Shown here: positions 48,108 through 62,695 of the stretch, piece by piece
Layout of the letters: every line of letters starts with the position of its first letter
How positions within the stretch are numbered: the first letter of the stretch is position 1
From: a phage
Direction: 5' to 3' (one strand)
Length of the DNA stretch: 64,000 nucleotides
Sequence record: PZ445526.1
The notes under the pieces: model-generated
Told to the model about the DNA's origin: nothing
Databases searched by the model: none
Seen by the model: the letters and a program-made list of their open reading frames with translations, nothing else
Program-made: the position numbers and the translations under genes

Positions 48108-48401
48108 ATGTCAGGATTAAGTTATGATAAGTGTGTTACTGCTGGCCATGAAGCGTGGCCTCCAACAGTTGTGAATGCTACACAAAGTAAAGTATTCACT
48201 GGAGGAATTGCTGTTCTCGTAGAAGGCGATCCAATTACAGAACATACAGAAATTAAAAAGCCGTATGAAACACATGGCGGAGTGACACAACCTAGAACTT
48301 CTAAGGTATATGTCACTGGAAAGAAAGCTGTTCAAATGGCTGATCCAATATCATGCGGTGATACTGTGGCTCAGGCATCATCTAAAGTATTCATTAAATA
48401 G
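48108..48401 (+). CDS. 5.4: PAAR-repeat spike tip protein gp5.4
   Basis: 97 aa, position after 5.1 and length as T4 gp5.4. Confidence 0.8.
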   Translation: MSGLSYDKCVTAGHEAWPPTVVNATQSKVFTGGIAVLVEGDPITEHTEIKKPYETHGGVTQPRTSKVYVTGKKAVQMADPISCGDTVAQASSKVFIK

Positions 48402-48409
48402 GATTTAAA

Positions 48410-50392
48410 ATGGCAAATACCCCTGTAAATTATCAATTAACAAGAACAGCAAATGCTATTCCCGAGATATTCGTCGGGGGTACGTTTGCTGAAATAAAAC
48501 AAAACCTCATTGAATGGCTTAATGGCCAAAATGAATTTTTGGATTATGATTTTGAAGGCTCAAGATTAAACGTTCTGTGCGACCTTTTGGCTTATAATAC
48601 GCTGTACATTCAACAGTTTGGTAATGCTGCTGTGTATGAAAGCTTTATGCGTACTGCTAACTTACGAAGTTCAGTTGTTCAAGCTGCACAAGATAACGGA
48701 TATTTACCTACTTCAAAATCCGCTGCGCAGACCGAAATTATGTTAACATGCACTGACGCATTGAATAGGAATTACATTACAATTCCTCGCGGAACTCGCT
48801 TTTTAGCATATGCAAAAGATACTTCTGTTAATCCATATAACTTCGTTTCTACCGAAGACGTTATTGCTATTCGTGATAAAAATAACCAATATTTTCCGCG
48901 TTTAAAATTGGCTCAGGGACGTATAGTAAGAACTGAAATCATTTATGATAAATTAACACCTATTATCATTTATGATAAAAATATTGATAGAAACCAGGTT
49001 AAATTATACGTTGATGGAGCGGAATGGATTAACTGGACGAGAAAGTCAATGGTTCATGCTGGTTCAACATCAACGATTTACTATATGCGTGAAACTATTG
49101 ATGGAAACACTGAATTCTATTTTGGTGAAGGTGAAATTTCTGTTAATGCTTCTGAAGGAGCTTTGACCGCTAATTATATCGGAGGTCTTAAACCTACTCA
49201 GAACTCTACGATTGTCATTGAGTACATCAGTACTAACGGCGCTGACGCGAACGGAGCAGTCGGATTTTCATACGCAGATACATTAACGAATATAACTGTC
49301 ATCAATATTAATGAAAATCCAAACGATGACCCAGATTTTGTTGGGGCAGATGGTGGCGGTGATCCAGAAGATATTGAGCGTATTCGCGAATTGGGTACTA
49401 TTAAACGCGAAACTCAGCAACGATGCGTAACTGCGACTGACTACGATACATTCGTTTCAGAGAGATTTGGTTCTATTATTCAAGCTGTTCAAACTTTCAC
49501 TGATTCTACTAAACCTGGGTATGCATTTATTGCTGCTAAACCTAAATCAGGATTGTATTTAACTACTGTACAACGTGAAGATATTAAAAATTATCTCAAA
49601 GACTATAATTTAGCTCCTATTACACCTTCAATTATTTCTCCTAATTATCTTTTTATTAAGACTAATTTAAAAGTTACATATGCTTTAAATAAACTGCAAG
49701 AATCCGAGCAGTGGCTTGAAGGTCAAATAATTGATAAAATTGATCGCTATTATACCGAAGATGTAGAAATTTTTAACTCATCTTTCGCTAAATCTAAGAT
49801 GTTGACATATGTAGATGATGCAGATCATTCTGTCATTGGTTCATCAGCGACTATTCAAATGGTTCGTGAAGTACAAAACTTCTATAAAACACCTGAAGCA
49901 GGTATTAAATACAATAATCAAATAAAAGATCGTTCTATGGAATCTAATACGTTTTCATTTAATTCTGGACGAAAGGTTGTAAATCCTGATACTGGTTTAG
50001 AAGAAGATGTATTATATGACGTTCGTATAGTATCAACAGACCGAGATTCTAAAGGAATTGGTAAAGTTATTATTGGTCCATTTGCTTCTGGCGATGTTAC
50101 AGAAAATGAAAACATTCAGCCGTATACAGGCAACGATTTTAACAAATTAGCAAATTCTGATGGACGTGACAAATACTATGTTATCGGTGAAATAAATTAT
50201 CCAGCTGATGTGATTTATTGGAATATCGCTAAAATTAATTTAACATCTGAAAAATTTGAAGTTCAGACTATTGAATTATATTCTGACCCAACCGATGATG
50301 TTATCTTTACTCGCGATGGTTCATTGATTGTATTTGAAAATGACTTACGTCCACAATACTTAACTATCGATTTGGAGCCTATATCACAATGA
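48410..50392 (+). CDS. 6: baseplate wedge protein gp6
   Basis: 660 aa, synteny. Confidence 0.9.
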   Translation: MANTPVNYQLTRTANAIPEIFVGGTFAEIKQNLIEWLNGQNEFLDYDFEGSRLNVLCDLLAYNTLYIQQFGNAAVYESFMRTANLRSSVVQAAQDNGYLPTSKSAAQTEIMLTCTDALNRNYITIPRGTRFLAYAKDTSVNPYNFVSTEDVIAIRDKNNQYFPRLKLAQGRIVRTEIIYDKLTPIIIYDKNIDRNQVKLYVDGAEWINWTRKSMVHAGSTSTIYYMRETIDGNTEFYFGEGEISVNASEGALTANYIGGLKPTQNSTIVIEYISTNGADANGAVGFSYADTLTNITVININENPNDDPDFVGADGGGDPEDIERIRELGTIKRETQQRCVTATDYDTFVSERFGSIIQAVQTFTDSTKPGYAFIAAKPKSGLYLTTVQREDIKNYLKDYNLAPITPSIISPNYLFIKTNLKVTYALNKLQESEQWLEGQIIDKIDRYYTEDVEIFNSSFAKSKMLTYVDDADHSVIGSSATIQMVREVQNFYKTPEAGIKYNNQIKDRSMESNTFSFNSGRKVVNPDTGLEEDVLYDVRIVSTDRDSKGIGKVIIGPFASGDVTENENIQPYTGNDFNKLANSDGRDKYYVIGEINYPADVIYWNIAKINLTSEKFEVQTIELYSDPTDDVIFTRDGSLIVFENDLRPQYLTIDLEPISQ

Positions 50393-53300
50393 CAGTAAAA
50401 GCACCTTCAGTCACTAGTCTCAGAATTTCCAAGTTATCCGCAAATCAGGTGCAAGTACGCTGGGATGACGTTGGTGCTAATTTCTACTATTTTGTAGAAA
50501 TCGCTGAGACAAAAACAAACTCGGGGGAAAAACTCCCGAGTAATCAATATAAATGGATTAATTTAGGATATACAGCAAATAATAGTTTCTTTTTTGATGA
50601 TGCTGATCCATTAACAACATACATTATTAGAGTAGCCACAGCTGCGCAAGATTTTGAGCAGTCTGACTGGATTTATACAGAAGAGTTTGAAACTTTTGCT
50701 ACAAATGCTTATACATTTCAAAACATGATTGAAATGCAATTAGCCAATAAATTCATTCAGGAAAAATTTACTCTTAATAATTCTGATTATGTTAATTTTA
50801 ATAATGACACTATAATGGCTGCATTGATGAATGAATCGTTCCAATTCAGCCCATCATATGTTGATGTTTCATCAATAAGTAATTTTATTATTGGTGAAAA
50901 TGAGTATCATGAAATACAAGGTTCTATTCAGCAAGTATGTAAGGATATTAACCGTGTTTATTTGATGGAATCAGAAGGGATTCTATATCTTTTTGAGCGT
51001 TATCAACCTGTAGTTAAAGTATCTAATGATAAAGGACAAACCTGGAAAGCTGTAAAGCTCTTCAATGACCGTGTAGGATATCCTTTATCTAAGACAGTAT
51101 ATTACCAATCTGCGAACACTACATACGTTCTAGGATACGACAAGATTTTCTACGGCCGTAAATCTACTGATGTTAGATGGTCAGCTGATGATGTCAGATT
51201 TAGTTCGCAGGATATAACATTCGCTAAACTTGGCGACCAATTACACCTAGGATTTGATGTAGAAATTTTTGCCACTTATGCGACTTTACCAGCGAATGTA
51301 TATCGCATTGCAGAAGCTATTACTTGCACCGATGATTACATTTACGTTGTCGCTAGAGACAAAGTTAGATACATAAAAACGAGTAATGCACCTATAGATT
51401 CTGATCCATTATCTCCAACATATTCGGAAAGACTTTTTGAACCTGATACTATGACTATAACCGGAAATCCTAAAGCAGTATGCTATAAAATGGATTCTAT
51501 CGGTGATAAAGTTTTTGCTCTTATTATTGGAGAAGTTGAAACATTAAATGCCAATCCGAGAACTTCAAAAATAATTGATTCTGCTGATAAAGGAATATAT
51601 GTTTTAAATCATGACGAAAAAACATGGAAAAGAGTTTTCGGTAATACCGAAGAAGAAAGAAGACGTATTCAACCCGGATATGCGAATATGTCAACTGACG
51701 GTAAATTAGTTTCTCTGTCTTCGAGTAATTTTAAATTTTTAAGTGATAATGTTGTTAATGACCCTGAAACTGCAGCAAAATATCAGTTAATCGGTGCTGT
51801 TAAATATGAATTTCCTCGTGAATGGTTAGCTGATAAGCATTATCATATGATGGCATTTATAGCGGATGAAACAACTGATTGGGAGACTTTTACTCCTCAA
51901 CCAATGAAATACTACGCAGAACCATTCTTTAACTGGTCTAAAAAATCTAACACACGCTGTTGGATAAACAACTCTGATAGAGCTGTAGTAGTTTATGCTG
52001 ATTTAAAATACACTAAAGTTATAGAAAATATTCCGGAAACATCACCAGATAGATTAGTTCATGAATACTGGGATGATGGTGATTGCACTATAGTAATGCC
52101 AAATGTTAAATTCACTGGATTTAAAAAATACGCATCAGGAATGCTTTTCTACAAAGCCTCCGGTGAAATAATTTCTTACTATGATTTTAACTATCGTGTG
52201 AGAGATACGGTAGAAATTATTTGGAAGCCAACTGAAGTATTTTTAAAAGCATTTTTACAAAACCAAGAGCATGAGACTCCTTGGTCACCAGAAGAAGAGC
52301 GTGGATTAGCTGACCCCGATTTAAGACCATTAATTGGCACAATGATGCCTGATTCTTATTTGTTACAGGATTCGAATTTTGAGGCATTTTGCGAAGCATA
52401 TATTCAGTATCTTTCCGATGGATATGGAACTCAGTATAATAATTTACGAAATTTAATTCGTAACAAATATCCACGAGAAGAGCATGCATGGGAATATTTG
52501 TGGTCAGAGATATATAAAAGAAACATTTATTTAAACGCTGACAAACGCGATGCTGTTGCAAGATTTTTTGAATCACGTAGCTATGATTTTTATTCTACTA
52601 AAGGAATTGAAGCATCATACAAATTTCTTTTTAAAGTTCTTTATAATGAAGAAGTTGAAATTGAAATTGAATCTGGGGCTGGTACTGAATATGACATAAT
52701 CGTTCAATCTGATTCTTTGACTGAAGACTTAGTAGGACAAACGATTTATACGCCAACAGGAAGATGTAATGTTACTTATATAGAAAGAAGCTATTCTAAT
52801 GGTAAATTGCAATGGACCGTAACTATTCATAATCTTTTAGGGCGATTAATTGCTGGTCAAGAAGTTAAAGCAGAAAGACTCCCTAGTTTTGAAGGCGAAA
52901 TTATTCGTGGGGTTAAAGGAAAGGATTTGCTTCAAAACAATATAGACTATATTAATAGAAGTAGATCATACTACGTAATGAAAATTAAATCCAATTTACC
53001 TTCTTCTCGCTGGAAATCTGATGTTATTCGTTTTGTTCATCCAGTAGGATTTGGATTTATAGCAATTACCCTTTTAACAATGTTTATTAATGTTGGTTTA
53101 ACTCTTAAACATACAGAGACTATAATTAATAAATACAAAAACTATAAATGGGATTCTGGATTGCCTACTGAATATGCTGATAGAATAGCTAAATTAACTC
53201 CAACTGGTGAAATTGAGCATGATTCAGTAACAGGCGAAGCAATTTATGAGCCTGGCCCAATGGCTGGTGTAGAATATCCTCTTCCTGATGACTATAATGC

Positions 53301-53487
53301 TGAAAATAATAATTCAATATTTCAAGGTCAATTGCCGTCTGAACGACGTAAATTAATGAGTCCTTTATTTGATGCATCTGGAACAACATTTGCACAATTT
53401 AGGGATTTAGTTAATAAACGTCTAAAAGATAATATAGGAAATCCAAGAGACCCTGAAAATCCAACACAGGTTAAAATAGATGAATGA
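50389..53487 (+). CDS. 7: baseplate wedge initiator gp7
   Basis: 1032 aa, synteny. Confidence 0.9.
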   Translation: MTVKAPSVTSLRISKLSANQVQVRWDDVGANFYYFVEIAETKTNSGEKLPSNQYKWINLGYTANNSFFFDDADPLTTYIIRVATAAQDFEQSDWIYTEEFETFATNAYTFQNMIEMQLANKFIQEKFTLNNSDYVNFNNDTIMAALMNESFQFSPSYVDVSSISNFIIGENEYHEIQGSIQQVCKDINRVYLMESEGILYLFERYQPVVKVSNDKGQTWKAVKLFNDRVGYPLSKTVYYQSANTTYVLGYDKIFYGRKSTDVRWSADDVRFSSQDITFAKLGDQLHLGFDVEIFATYATLPANVYRIAEAITCTDDYIYVVARDKVRYIKTSNAPIDSDPLSPTYSERLFEPDTMTITGNPKAVCYKMDSIGDKVFALIIGEVETLNANPRTSKIIDSADKGIYVLNHDEKTWKRVFGNTEEERRRIQPGYANMSTDGKLVSLSSSNFKFLSDNVVNDPETAAKYQLIGAVKYEFPREWLADKHYHMMAFIADETTDWETFTPQPMKYYAEPFFNWSKKSNTRCWINNSDRAVVVYADLKYTKVIENIPETSPDRLVHEYWDDGDCTIVMPNVKFTGFKKYASGMLFYKASGEIISYYDFNYRVRDTVEIIWKPTEVFLKAFLQNQEHETPWSPEEERGLADPDLRPLIGTMMPDSYLLQDSNFEAFCEAYIQYLSDGYGTQYNNLRNLIRNKYPREEHAWEYLWSEIYKRNIYLNADKRDAVARFFESRSYDFYSTKGIEASYKFLFKVLYNEEVEIEIESGAGTEYDIIVQSDSLTEDLVGQTIYTPTGRCNVTYIERSYSNGKLQWTVTIHNLLGRLIAGQEVKAERLPSFEGEIIRGVKGKDLLQNNIDYINRSRSYYVMKIKSNLPSSRWKSDVIRFVHPVGFGFIAITLLTMFINVGLTLKHTETIINKYKNYKWDSGLPTEYADRIAKLTPTGEIEHDSVTGEAIYEPGPMAGVEYPLPDDYNAENNNSIFQGQLPSERRKLMSPLFDASGTTFAQFRDLVNKRLKDNIGNPRDPENPTQVKIDE

Positions 53488-54484
53488 TTCAAGTGTTATC
53501 TATCGTGCGATAGTTACTTCAAAATTTAGAACAGAAAAAATGTTGAATTTTTATAATTCAATTGGAAGTGGTCCGGATAAAAACACTATCTTTATCACAT
53601 TTGGAAGATCAGAACCGTGGTCATCAAATGAAAATGAGGTGGGCTTTGCCCCACCTTATCCAACCGATTCTGTATTAGGCGTAACTGACATGTGGACACA
53701 TATGATGGGAACAGTAAAGGTTCTTCCATCAATGCTTGATGCTGTTATTCCTCGCAGAGATTGGGGAGATACTAGATATCCGGATCCATACACATTTAGA
53801 ATTAACGATATTGTAGTGTGTAACTCAGCTCCTTACAACGCTACTGAATCAGGCGCAGGCTGGTTAGTATATCGTTGTTTAGATGTTCCTGATACCGGAA
53901 TGTGTTCAATAACATCTTTAACTGATAAGGATGAATGCCTCAAATTAGGTGGAAAATGGACTCCTTCTGTTAGGTCAATGACTCCGCCTGAAGGCCGAGG
54001 AGATGCTGAAGGAACAATTGAACCTGGAGACGGATATGTTTGGGAATATTTATTTGAGATTCCGCCCGATGTATCTATAAATAGATGCACGAATGAATAT
54101 ATCGTGGTTCCTTGGCCTGAGGAATTAAAAGAAGACCCGACTAGATGGGGATATGAAGATAATCTCACTTGGCAACAAGATGATTTTGGATTAATTTACC
54201 GTGTTAAGGCAAATACTATCCGTTTTAAAGCATATTTAGATTCAGTTTATTTTCCTGAAGCTGCATTGCCAGGAAATAAAGGATTTAGACAAATATCAAT
54301 AATCACGAATCCTCTTGAAGCTAAAGCTCATCCAAATGACCCAAACGTTAAAGCTGAAAGGGATTATTATGACCCAGAAGATTTAATGAGGCATTCGGGT
54401 GAAATGATTTATATGGAAAATAGGCCACCTATTATTATGGCAATGGATCAGACAGAAGAAATCAATATTCTGTTTACATTTTAA
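53480..54484 (+). CDS. 8: baseplate wedge protein gp8
   Basis: 334 aa, synteny. Confidence 0.9.
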   Translation: MNDSSVIYRAIVTSKFRTEKMLNFYNSIGSGPDKNTIFITFGRSEPWSSNENEVGFAPPYPTDSVLGVTDMWTHMMGTVKVLPSMLDAVIPRRDWGDTRYPDPYTFRINDIVVCNSAPYNATESGAGWLVYRCLDVPDTGMCSITSLTDKDECLKLGGKWTPSVRSMTPPEGRGDAEGTIEPGDGYVWEYLFEIPPDVSINRCTNEYIVVPWPEELKEDPTRWGYEDNLTWQQDDFGLIYRVKANTIRFKAYLDSVYFPEAALPGNKGFRQISIITNPLEAKAHPNDPNVKAERDYYDPEDLMRHSGEMIYMENRPPIIMAMDQTEEINILFTF

Positions 54485-54489
54485 ATTAA

Positions 54490-54512
54490 GGGAGCCCATG
54501 GGCTCCCTTTTT
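54490..54512 (+). terminator. rho-independent terminator after gene 8
   Basis: GGGAGCCC-AUG-GGCUCCC hairpin followed by UUUUUCUUU. Confidence 0.65.
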
Positions 54513-54515
54513 CTT

Positions 54516-54523
54516 TATAAATA
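54516..54523 (+). promoter_or_regulatory. late promoter (TATAAATA) for gene 9
   Basis: Exact TATAAATA about 25 nt upstream of the gene 9 ATG. Confidence 0.6.
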
Positions 54524-54547
54524 CTATAAACTCATAAGGAAACCGCT

Positions 54548-55414
54548 ATGTTCATTCAAGAACCAAAGAAATTGATTGATACCGGCGAAATTGGTAACGC
54601 TTCTACTGGTGATATCTTATTCGACGGTGGTAATAAAATTAATAGTGATTTTAACGCAATTTATAATGCGTTTGGCGATCAACGCAAAATGGCAGTAGCA
54701 AATGGCACTGGAGCAGATGGTCAAATTATCCATGCTACTGGATATTATCAAAAACACTCTATTACAGAGTACGCAACTCCAGTGAAAGTTGGCACTAGAC
54801 ATGATATTGATACCTCTACTGTAGGTGTTAAAGTTATCATTGAAAGAGGCGAACTCGGCGATTGTGTTGAATTCATTAACTCAAATGGATCAATATCAGT
54901 TACTAATCCTTTAACAATTCAAGCTATTGATTCAATTAAAGGTGTTTCGGGTAATTTAGTAGTAACTAGCCCATATAGTAAAGTTACTTTACGCTGTATT
55001 TCATCTGATAATTCTACTTCGGTTTGGAATTATTCTATTGAAAGTATGTTTGGACAAAAGGAATCACCAGCTGAAGGTACATGGAATATTTCTACATCCG
55101 GATCAGTTGACATTCCATTATTTCATCGTACTGAATACAATATGGCTAAATTGCTAGTTACGTGCCAATCGGTAGATGGAAGAAAAATTAAAACAGCAGA
55201 AATAAATATTCTTGTGGATACTGTTAATTCAGAGGTCATTTCTTCTGAATATGCTGTCATGCGAGTTGGGAATGAAACCGAAGAAGACGAAATCGCTAAT
55301 ATTGCATTTAGTATTAAAGAAAATTATGTAACGGCGACTATAAGTTCTTCAACTGTCGGTATGAGAGCAGCAGTTAAAGTTATCGCTACGCAGAAAATCG
55401 GGGTGGCTCAATAA
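54548..55414 (+). CDS. 9: baseplate long-tail-fiber attachment protein gp9
   Basis: 288 aa, synteny. Confidence 0.9.
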   Translation: MFIQEPKKLIDTGEIGNASTGDILFDGGNKINSDFNAIYNAFGDQRKMAVANGTGADGQIIHATGYYQKHSITEYATPVKVGTRHDIDTSTVGVKVIIERGELGDCVEFINSNGSISVTNPLTIQAIDSIKGVSGNLVVTSPYSKVTLRCISSDNSTSVWNYSIESMFGQKESPAEGTWNISTSGSVDIPLFHRTEYNMAKLLVTCQSVDGRKIKTAEINILVDTVNSEVISSEYAVMRVGNETEEDEIANIAFSIKENYVTATISSSTVGMRAAVKVIATQKIGVAQ

Positions 55415-57222
55415 TGAAACAAAATATTAATATCGGTAATGTTGTAGATGATGGTACCGGTGACTACCTGCGTAAAGGTGGTATAAAAATAAATGAAAAC
55501 TTTGATGAGCTTTATTATGAACTCGGTGATGGTGATGTTCCATATTCAGCCGGTGCCTGGAAAACTTATAATGCTTCATCAGGACAAACATTAACAGCAG
55601 AATGGGGAAAATCATACGCTATTAATACATCTTCTGGAAGAGTGACTATAAATCTTCCAAAGGGTACAGTTAATGATTACAACAAGGTAATTAGAGCTAG
55701 AGACGTATTTGCTACATGGAACGTCAACCCAGTTACACTAGTAGCTGCTTCCGGTGATACGATTAAAGGGTCTGCAGTACCAGTTGAAATTAACGTTCAA
55801 TTCAGCGATTTAGAATTAGTGTATTGTGCCCCAGGACGTTGGGAATATGTCAAAAATAAACAAATTGACAAAATTACCAGTTCAGACATTAGTAATGTAG
55901 CTCGTAAAGAATTTTTAGTCGAAGTCCAAGGACAAACAGACTTTTTAGATGTTTTCCGTGGAACTAGTTATAATGTAAATAACATCAGAGTAAAACATCG
56001 CGGTAACGAATTATATTATGGCGATGTATTTAGCGAAAACAGTGATTTTGGCTCTCCAGGTGAAAATGAAGGAGAACTGGTTCCTCTTGATGGATTTAAT
56101 ATTCGATTAAGACAGCCTTGTAATATTGGTGACACTGTTCAAATTGAAACATTTATGGATGGTGTATCGCAGTGGAGAAGTTCATATACAAGACGTCAAA
56201 TTAGATTGTTAGATTCAAAATTAACGTCAAAAACTTCTCTAGAAGGAAGTATTTACGTTACTGATTTATCAACAATGAAATCAATTCCATTTTCTGCTTT
56301 TGGATTAATTCCAGGAGAACCTATTAATCCTAACTCTCTTGAGGTTCGTTTTAATGGGATTTTACAGGAATTGGCTGGCACAGTTGGAATGCCATTATTT
56401 CATTGTGTTGGTGCCGATTCAGACGATGAAGTAGAATGCTCTGTTTTAGGTGGAACTTGGGAACAATCTCATACCGATTATTCAGTTGAAACTGATGAAA
56501 ACGGCATACCGGAAATTTTACATTTCGATAGAGTATTTGAGCATGGTGACATTATCAATATCACCTGGTTTAATAATGATTTGGGTACATTATTAACAAA
56601 AGATGAGATTATTGATGAAACTGATAATCTCTATGTATCGCAAGGACCGGGAGTAGATATTTCTGGTGATGTAAATTTAACAGACTTCGATAAAATTGGT
56701 TGGCCAAATGTAGAAGCAGTTCAATCTTATCAACGCGAATTTAATGCTGTTTCAAATATCTTTGATACGATTTATCCTATTGGAACTATATATGAAAACG
56801 CTGTTAATCCAAACAACCCTGTTACATATATGGGATTCGGCTCATGGAAATTATTTGGGCAAGGAAAAGTTTTAGTTGGATGGAATGAAGATATTTCGGA
56901 TCCGAATTTTGCTCTAAATAACAACGATTTAGATTCTGGTGGAAATCCTTCGCATACTGCAGGTGGAACAGGTGGTTCTACTTCGGTTACATTGGAAAAT
57001 GCTAATCTTCCTGCAACTGAAACAGATGAAGAAGTTCTAATAGTTGATGAAAATGGATCAGTCATTGTTGGTGGGTGTCAATACGATCCAGATGAATCCG
57101 GTCCAATTTACACTAAATACCGTGAAGCTAAAGCATCTACTAACTCTACTCACACTCCGCCAACATCAATAACTAACATTCAACCATATATTACAGTTTA
57201 TCGTTGGATAAGGATTGCATAA
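55414..57222 (+). CDS. 10: baseplate wedge / short-tail-fiber attachment protein gp10
   Basis: 602 aa, synteny. Confidence 0.9.
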   Translation: MKQNINIGNVVDDGTGDYLRKGGIKINENFDELYYELGDGDVPYSAGAWKTYNASSGQTLTAEWGKSYAINTSSGRVTINLPKGTVNDYNKVIRARDVFATWNVNPVTLVAASGDTIKGSAVPVEINVQFSDLELVYCAPGRWEYVKNKQIDKITSSDISNVARKEFLVEVQGQTDFLDVFRGTSYNVNNIRVKHRGNELYYGDVFSENSDFGSPGENEGELVPLDGFNIRLRQPCNIGDTVQIETFMDGVSQWRSSYTRRQIRLLDSKLTSKTSLEGSIYVTDLSTMKSIPFSAFGLIPGEPINPNSLEVRFNGILQELAGTVGMPLFHCVGADSDDEVECSVLGGTWEQSHTDYSVETDENGIPEILHFDRVFEHGDIINITWFNNDLGTLLTKDEIIDETDNLYVSQGPGVDISGDVNLTDFDKIGWPNVEAVQSYQREFNAVSNIFDTIYPIGTIYENAVNPNNPVTYMGFGSWKLFGQGKVLVGWNEDISDPNFALNNNDLDSGGNPSHTAGGTGGSTSVTLENANLPATETDEEVLIVDENGSVIVGGCQYDPDESGPIYTKYREAKASTNSTHTPPTSITNIQPYITVYRWIRIA

Positions 57223-57881
57223 TGAGTTTACTTAATAATAAAGCGGGAGTTATTTCCCGCTTAGCCGATTTTCTTGGTTTTAGACCTAAAGCTGGTAATA
57301 TAGATGTAATGAATCGTCAATCAGTTGGGTCAGTGACAATTTCTCAATTAGCGAAAGGATTTTATGAACCAAACGTAGAATCAGCTATTAATGACGTTCA
57401 TAATTTTTCTATAAAAGACGTTGGTACAATTATTACTAATAAAACTGGTGTTTCTCCTGAGGGTGTTTCTCAAACTGATTATTGGGCATTTTCTGGAACT
57501 GTAACAGACGATTCTCTTCCTCCGGGTTCTCCTGTTACGGTATTAGTATTTGGTCTTCCAGTTTCAGCAACAACTGGAATGACGGCAATTGAGTTTGTTG
57601 CAAAAGTTCGTGTTGCCCTTCAAGAAGCTATTGCGTCATTTACTGCTATCAACTCATATAAAGACCATCCAACAGATGGTAGTAAATTAGAAGTTACTTA
57701 TTTAGATAATCAAAAACATGTATTAAGCACATATTCTACATATGGAATAACTATTTCGCAGGAAATTATTTCTGAGTCTAAACCTGGCTATGGTACATGG
57801 AATTTATTAGGCGCACAAACTGTAACTTTAGATAATCAGCAGACTCCTACAGTATTTTATCATTTTGAGAGAACAGCATGA
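57222..57881 (+). CDS. 11: baseplate wedge protein gp11
   Basis: 219 aa from ATG ([14 protein letters not shown]...), TAATG overlap with gene 10 stop. Confidence 0.9.
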   Translation: MSLLNNKAGVISRLADFLGFRPKAGNIDVMNRQSVGSVTISQLAKGFYEPNVESAINDVHNFSIKDVGTIITNKTGVSPEGVSQTDYWAFSGTVTDDSLPPGSPVTVLVFGLPVSATTGMTAIEFVAKVRVALQEAIASFTAINSYKDHPTDGSKLEVTYLDNQKHVLSTYSTYGITISQEIISESKPGYGTWNLLGAQTVTLDNQQTPTVFYHFERTA

Positions 57882-59461
57882 GTAATAATACATATCAACA
57901 CGTTTCTAATGAATCTCGTTATGTAAAATTTGATCCTACCGATACGAATTTTCCACCAGAGATTACTGATGTTCAGGCTGCTATAGCAGCCATTTCTCCT
58001 GCTGGCGTAAATGGAGTTCCTGATGCATCGTCAACAACAAAGGGAATTTTATTTCTTGCCACTGAACAGGAAGTTATAGATGGAACTAATAATACCAAAG
58101 CAGTTACACCAGCAACGTTGGCAACAAGATTATCATATCCAAACGCAACTGAAACTGTTTACGGATTAACAAGATATTCAACCAATGATGAAGCCATTGC
58201 CGGAGTTAATAATGAATCTTCTATAACTCCAGCTAAATTTACTGTTGCTCTTAATAATGCGTTTGAAACACGAGTTTCAACTGAATCCTCGAATGGTGTT
58301 ATTAAAATTTCATCTCTACCGCAAGCATTAGCTGGTGCAGATGATACTACTGCAATGACTCCATTAAAAACACAGCAGTTAGCTATTAAATTAATTGCGC
58401 AAATTGCTCCTTCTGAAACCACAGCTACTGAATCGGACCAAGGTGTTGTTCAATTAGCAACAGTAGCGCAGGTTCGTCAGGGAACTTTAAGAGAAGGCTA
58501 TGCAATTTCTCCTTATACGTTTATGAATTCATCTGCTACTGAAGAATATAAAGGCGTAATTAAATTAGGAACACAATCAGAAGTTAACTCGAATAATGCT
58601 TCTGTTGCGGTTACTGGCGCAACTCTTAATGGTCGTGGTTCTACAACGTCAATGAGAGGCGTAGTTAGATTAACAACAACGGCTGGTTCACAGAGTGGAG
58701 GCGATGCTTCATCAGCCTTAGCTTGGAATGCTGATGTTATCCACCAAAGAGGCGGTCAAACTATTAATGGAACACTTCGCATTAATAACACACTTACAAT
58801 AGCTTCAGGTGGAGCAAATATTACCGGAACAGTTAACATGACTGGCGGTTATATTCAAGGTAAGCGTGTCGTAACACAAAATGAAATTGATAGAACTATT
58901 CCTGTCGGAGCTATTATGATGTGGGCCGCTGATAGTCTTCCTAGTGATGCTTGGCGTTTTTGCCACGGTGGAACTGTTTCAGCATCCGATTGTCCATTAT
59001 ATGCTTCTAGAATTGGAACAAGATATGGCGGAAGCTCATCAAATCCCGGATTACCTGACATGCGTGGTCTTTTTGTTCGTGGCTCTGGTCGTGGCTCTCA
59101 CTTAACAAATCCAAATGTTAATGGTAATGACCAATTTGGTAAACCTAGATTAGGTGTAGGTTGTACTGGTGGATATGTTGGCGAAGTACAAAAACAGCAG
59201 ATGTCTTATCATAAACATGCTGGCGGATTTGGTGAATGGGATGATTCTGGGGCATTCGGTAATACTCGTAGATCAAATTTTGTTGGTACACGTAAAGGAC
59301 TTGACTGGGATAACCGTTCATACTTCACCAATGATGGATATGAAATTGACCCAGCATCACAACGAAATTCCAGATATACATTAAATCGTCCTGAATTAAT
59401 TGGAAATGAAACACGTCCATGGAACATTTCTTTAAACTACATAATTAAGGTAAAAGAATGA
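57878..59461 (+). CDS. 12: short tail fiber protein gp12
   Basis: 527 aa, synteny. Confidence 0.9.
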   Translation: MSNNTYQHVSNESRYVKFDPTDTNFPPEITDVQAAIAAISPAGVNGVPDASSTTKGILFLATEQEVIDGTNNTKAVTPATLATRLSYPNATETVYGLTRYSTNDEAIAGVNNESSITPAKFTVALNNAFETRVSTESSNGVIKISSLPQALAGADDTTAMTPLKTQQLAIKLIAQIAPSETTATESDQGVVQLATVAQVRQGTLREGYAISPYTFMNSSATEEYKGVIKLGTQSEVNSNNASVAVTGATLNGRGSTTSMRGVVRLTTTAGSQSGGDASSALAWNADVIHQRGGQTINGTLRINNTLTIASGGANITGTVNMTGGYIQGKRVVTQNEIDRTIPVGAIMMWAADSLPSDAWRFCHGGTVSASDCPLYASRIGTRYGGSSSNPGLPDMRGLFVRGSGRGSHLTNPNVNGNDQFGKPRLGVGCTGGYVGEVQKQQMSYHKHAGGFGEWDDSGAFGNTRRSNFVGTRKGLDWDNRSYFTNDGYEIDPASQRNSRYTLNRPELIGNETRPWNISLNYIIKVKE

Positions 59462-60921
59462 CAGATATTGTACTGAATGACTTACCATTCGTTGACGGCC
59501 CTCCTGCAGAGGGCCAGAGCCGCATTTCCTGGATTAAAAACGGCGAAGAAATATTAGGAGCTGACACGCAGTATGGAAGTGAAGGTTCAATGAATAGGCC
59601 TACAGTTTCTGTACTAAGAAATGTTGAAGTTCTCGATAAAAACATTGGAATACTTAAAACATCTTTAGAAACCGCAAATAGTGATATTAAAACAATTCAG
59701 GGCATCTTAGATGTATCTGGTGATATTGAAGCTTTGGCCCAAATAGGTATCAATAAAAAGGATATTTCTGACCTCAAAACGCTAACCAGTGAACACACAG
59801 AAATATTAAATGGAACTAATAATACGGTTGACAGTATTCTTGCCGATATTGGTCCATTTAACTCCGAGGCCAACTCTGTATACAGAACGATCAGAAATGA
59901 TTTACTATGGATAAAGCGTGAACTTGGACAATACACAGGTCAAGATATTAATGGTCTTCCTGTTGTAGGAAATCCTAGTACAGGAATGAAGCATCGCATT
60001 ATTAATAATACTGATGTCATTACTTCACAGGGAATACGTTTAAGCGAATTAGAAACAAAATTTATTGAATCTGATGTAGGTTCTTTGACCATTGAAGTTG
60101 GTAATCTTCGTGAAGAGCTTGGACCGAAACCGCCATCGTTTTCACAGAACGTTTATAGTCGTTTAAATGAAATTGACACTAAACAGACAACATTTGAATC
60201 TGACATTAGTGCTATTAAGACCTCAATAGGATATCCAGGGAATAATTCGATTATCACGAGTGTTAATACAAACACTGATAATATTGCATCTATTAATTTA
60301 GAGCTAAATCAAAGTGGAGGTATTAAACAGCGTTTAACCGTTATTGAAACTTCCATTGGTTCAGATGATATTCCTTCGAGTATTAAAGGTCAAATCAAAG
60401 ATAATACAACTTCAATCGAATCTCTAAATGGAATCGTCGGTGAAAACACTTCATCCGGTTTAAGAGCGAATGTTTCATGGTTAAACCAACTTGTTGGAAC
60501 TGATTCTAGCGGTGGACAACCTTCTCCTCCTGGGTCTCTTTTAAACCGAGTTTCTACAATTGAAACTTCTGTTTCAGGCTTGAATAACGATGTTCAAAAC
60601 CTACAAGTAGAGATTGGTAATAACAGCACAGGAATTAAAGGGCAAGTTGTAGCGTTAAATACTTTAGTAAATGGAACTAATCCAAACGGTTCAACTGTTG
60701 AAGAGCGCGGATTAACCAATTCAATAAAAGCTAACGAAACCAACATTGCATCAGTTACACAAGAAGTGAATACAGCTAAAGGCAATATATCTTCTTTACA
60801 AGGCGATGTTCAAGCTCTCCAAGAAGCCGGTTATATTCCTGAAGCGCCAAGAGATGGGCAAGCTTACGTTCGTAAAGACGGCGAATGGGTATTGCTTTCT
60901 ACCTTTTTATCACCAGCATAA
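59458..60921 (+). CDS. wac: fibritin (whisker, neck protein)
   Basis: 487 aa; long coiled-coil segments; C-terminal foldon [27 protein letters not shown]. Confidence 0.95.
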   Translation: MTDIVLNDLPFVDGPPAEGQSRISWIKNGEEILGADTQYGSEGSMNRPTVSVLRNVEVLDKNIGILKTSLETANSDIKTIQGILDVSGDIEALAQIGINKKDISDLKTLTSEHTEILNGTNNTVDSILADIGPFNSEANSVYRTIRNDLLWIKRELGQYTGQDINGLPVVGNPSTGMKHRIINNTDVITSQGIRLSELETKFIESDVGSLTIEVGNLREELGPKPPSFSQNVYSRLNEIDTKQTTFESDISAIKTSIGYPGNNSIITSVNTNTDNIASINLELNQSGGIKQRLTVIETSIGSDDIPSSIKGQIKDNTTSIESLNGIVGENTSSGLRANVSWLNQLVGTDSSGGQPSPPGSLLNRVSTIETSVSGLNNDVQNLQVEIGNNSTGIKGQVVALNTLVNGTNPNGSTVEERGLTNSIKANETNIASVTQEVNTAKGNISSLQGDVQALQEAGYIPEAPRDGQAYVRKDGEWVLLSTFLSPA

Positions 60922-60924
60922 CAT

Positions 60925-60940
60925 GGGGCCGCAAGGCCCC
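60925..60940 (+). terminator. GC hairpin GGGGCC-GCAA-GGCCCC after wac
   Basis: Inverted repeat with GNRA-type tetraloop read directly; U-run weak. Confidence 0.4.
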
Positions 60941-60952
60941 AAAGGATTTTAA

Positions 60953-62654
<1,702 letters not shown>

Positions 62655-62695
62655 TAAATATTATAAACTAATTAAAGCCCAGATTAGGAGAAATC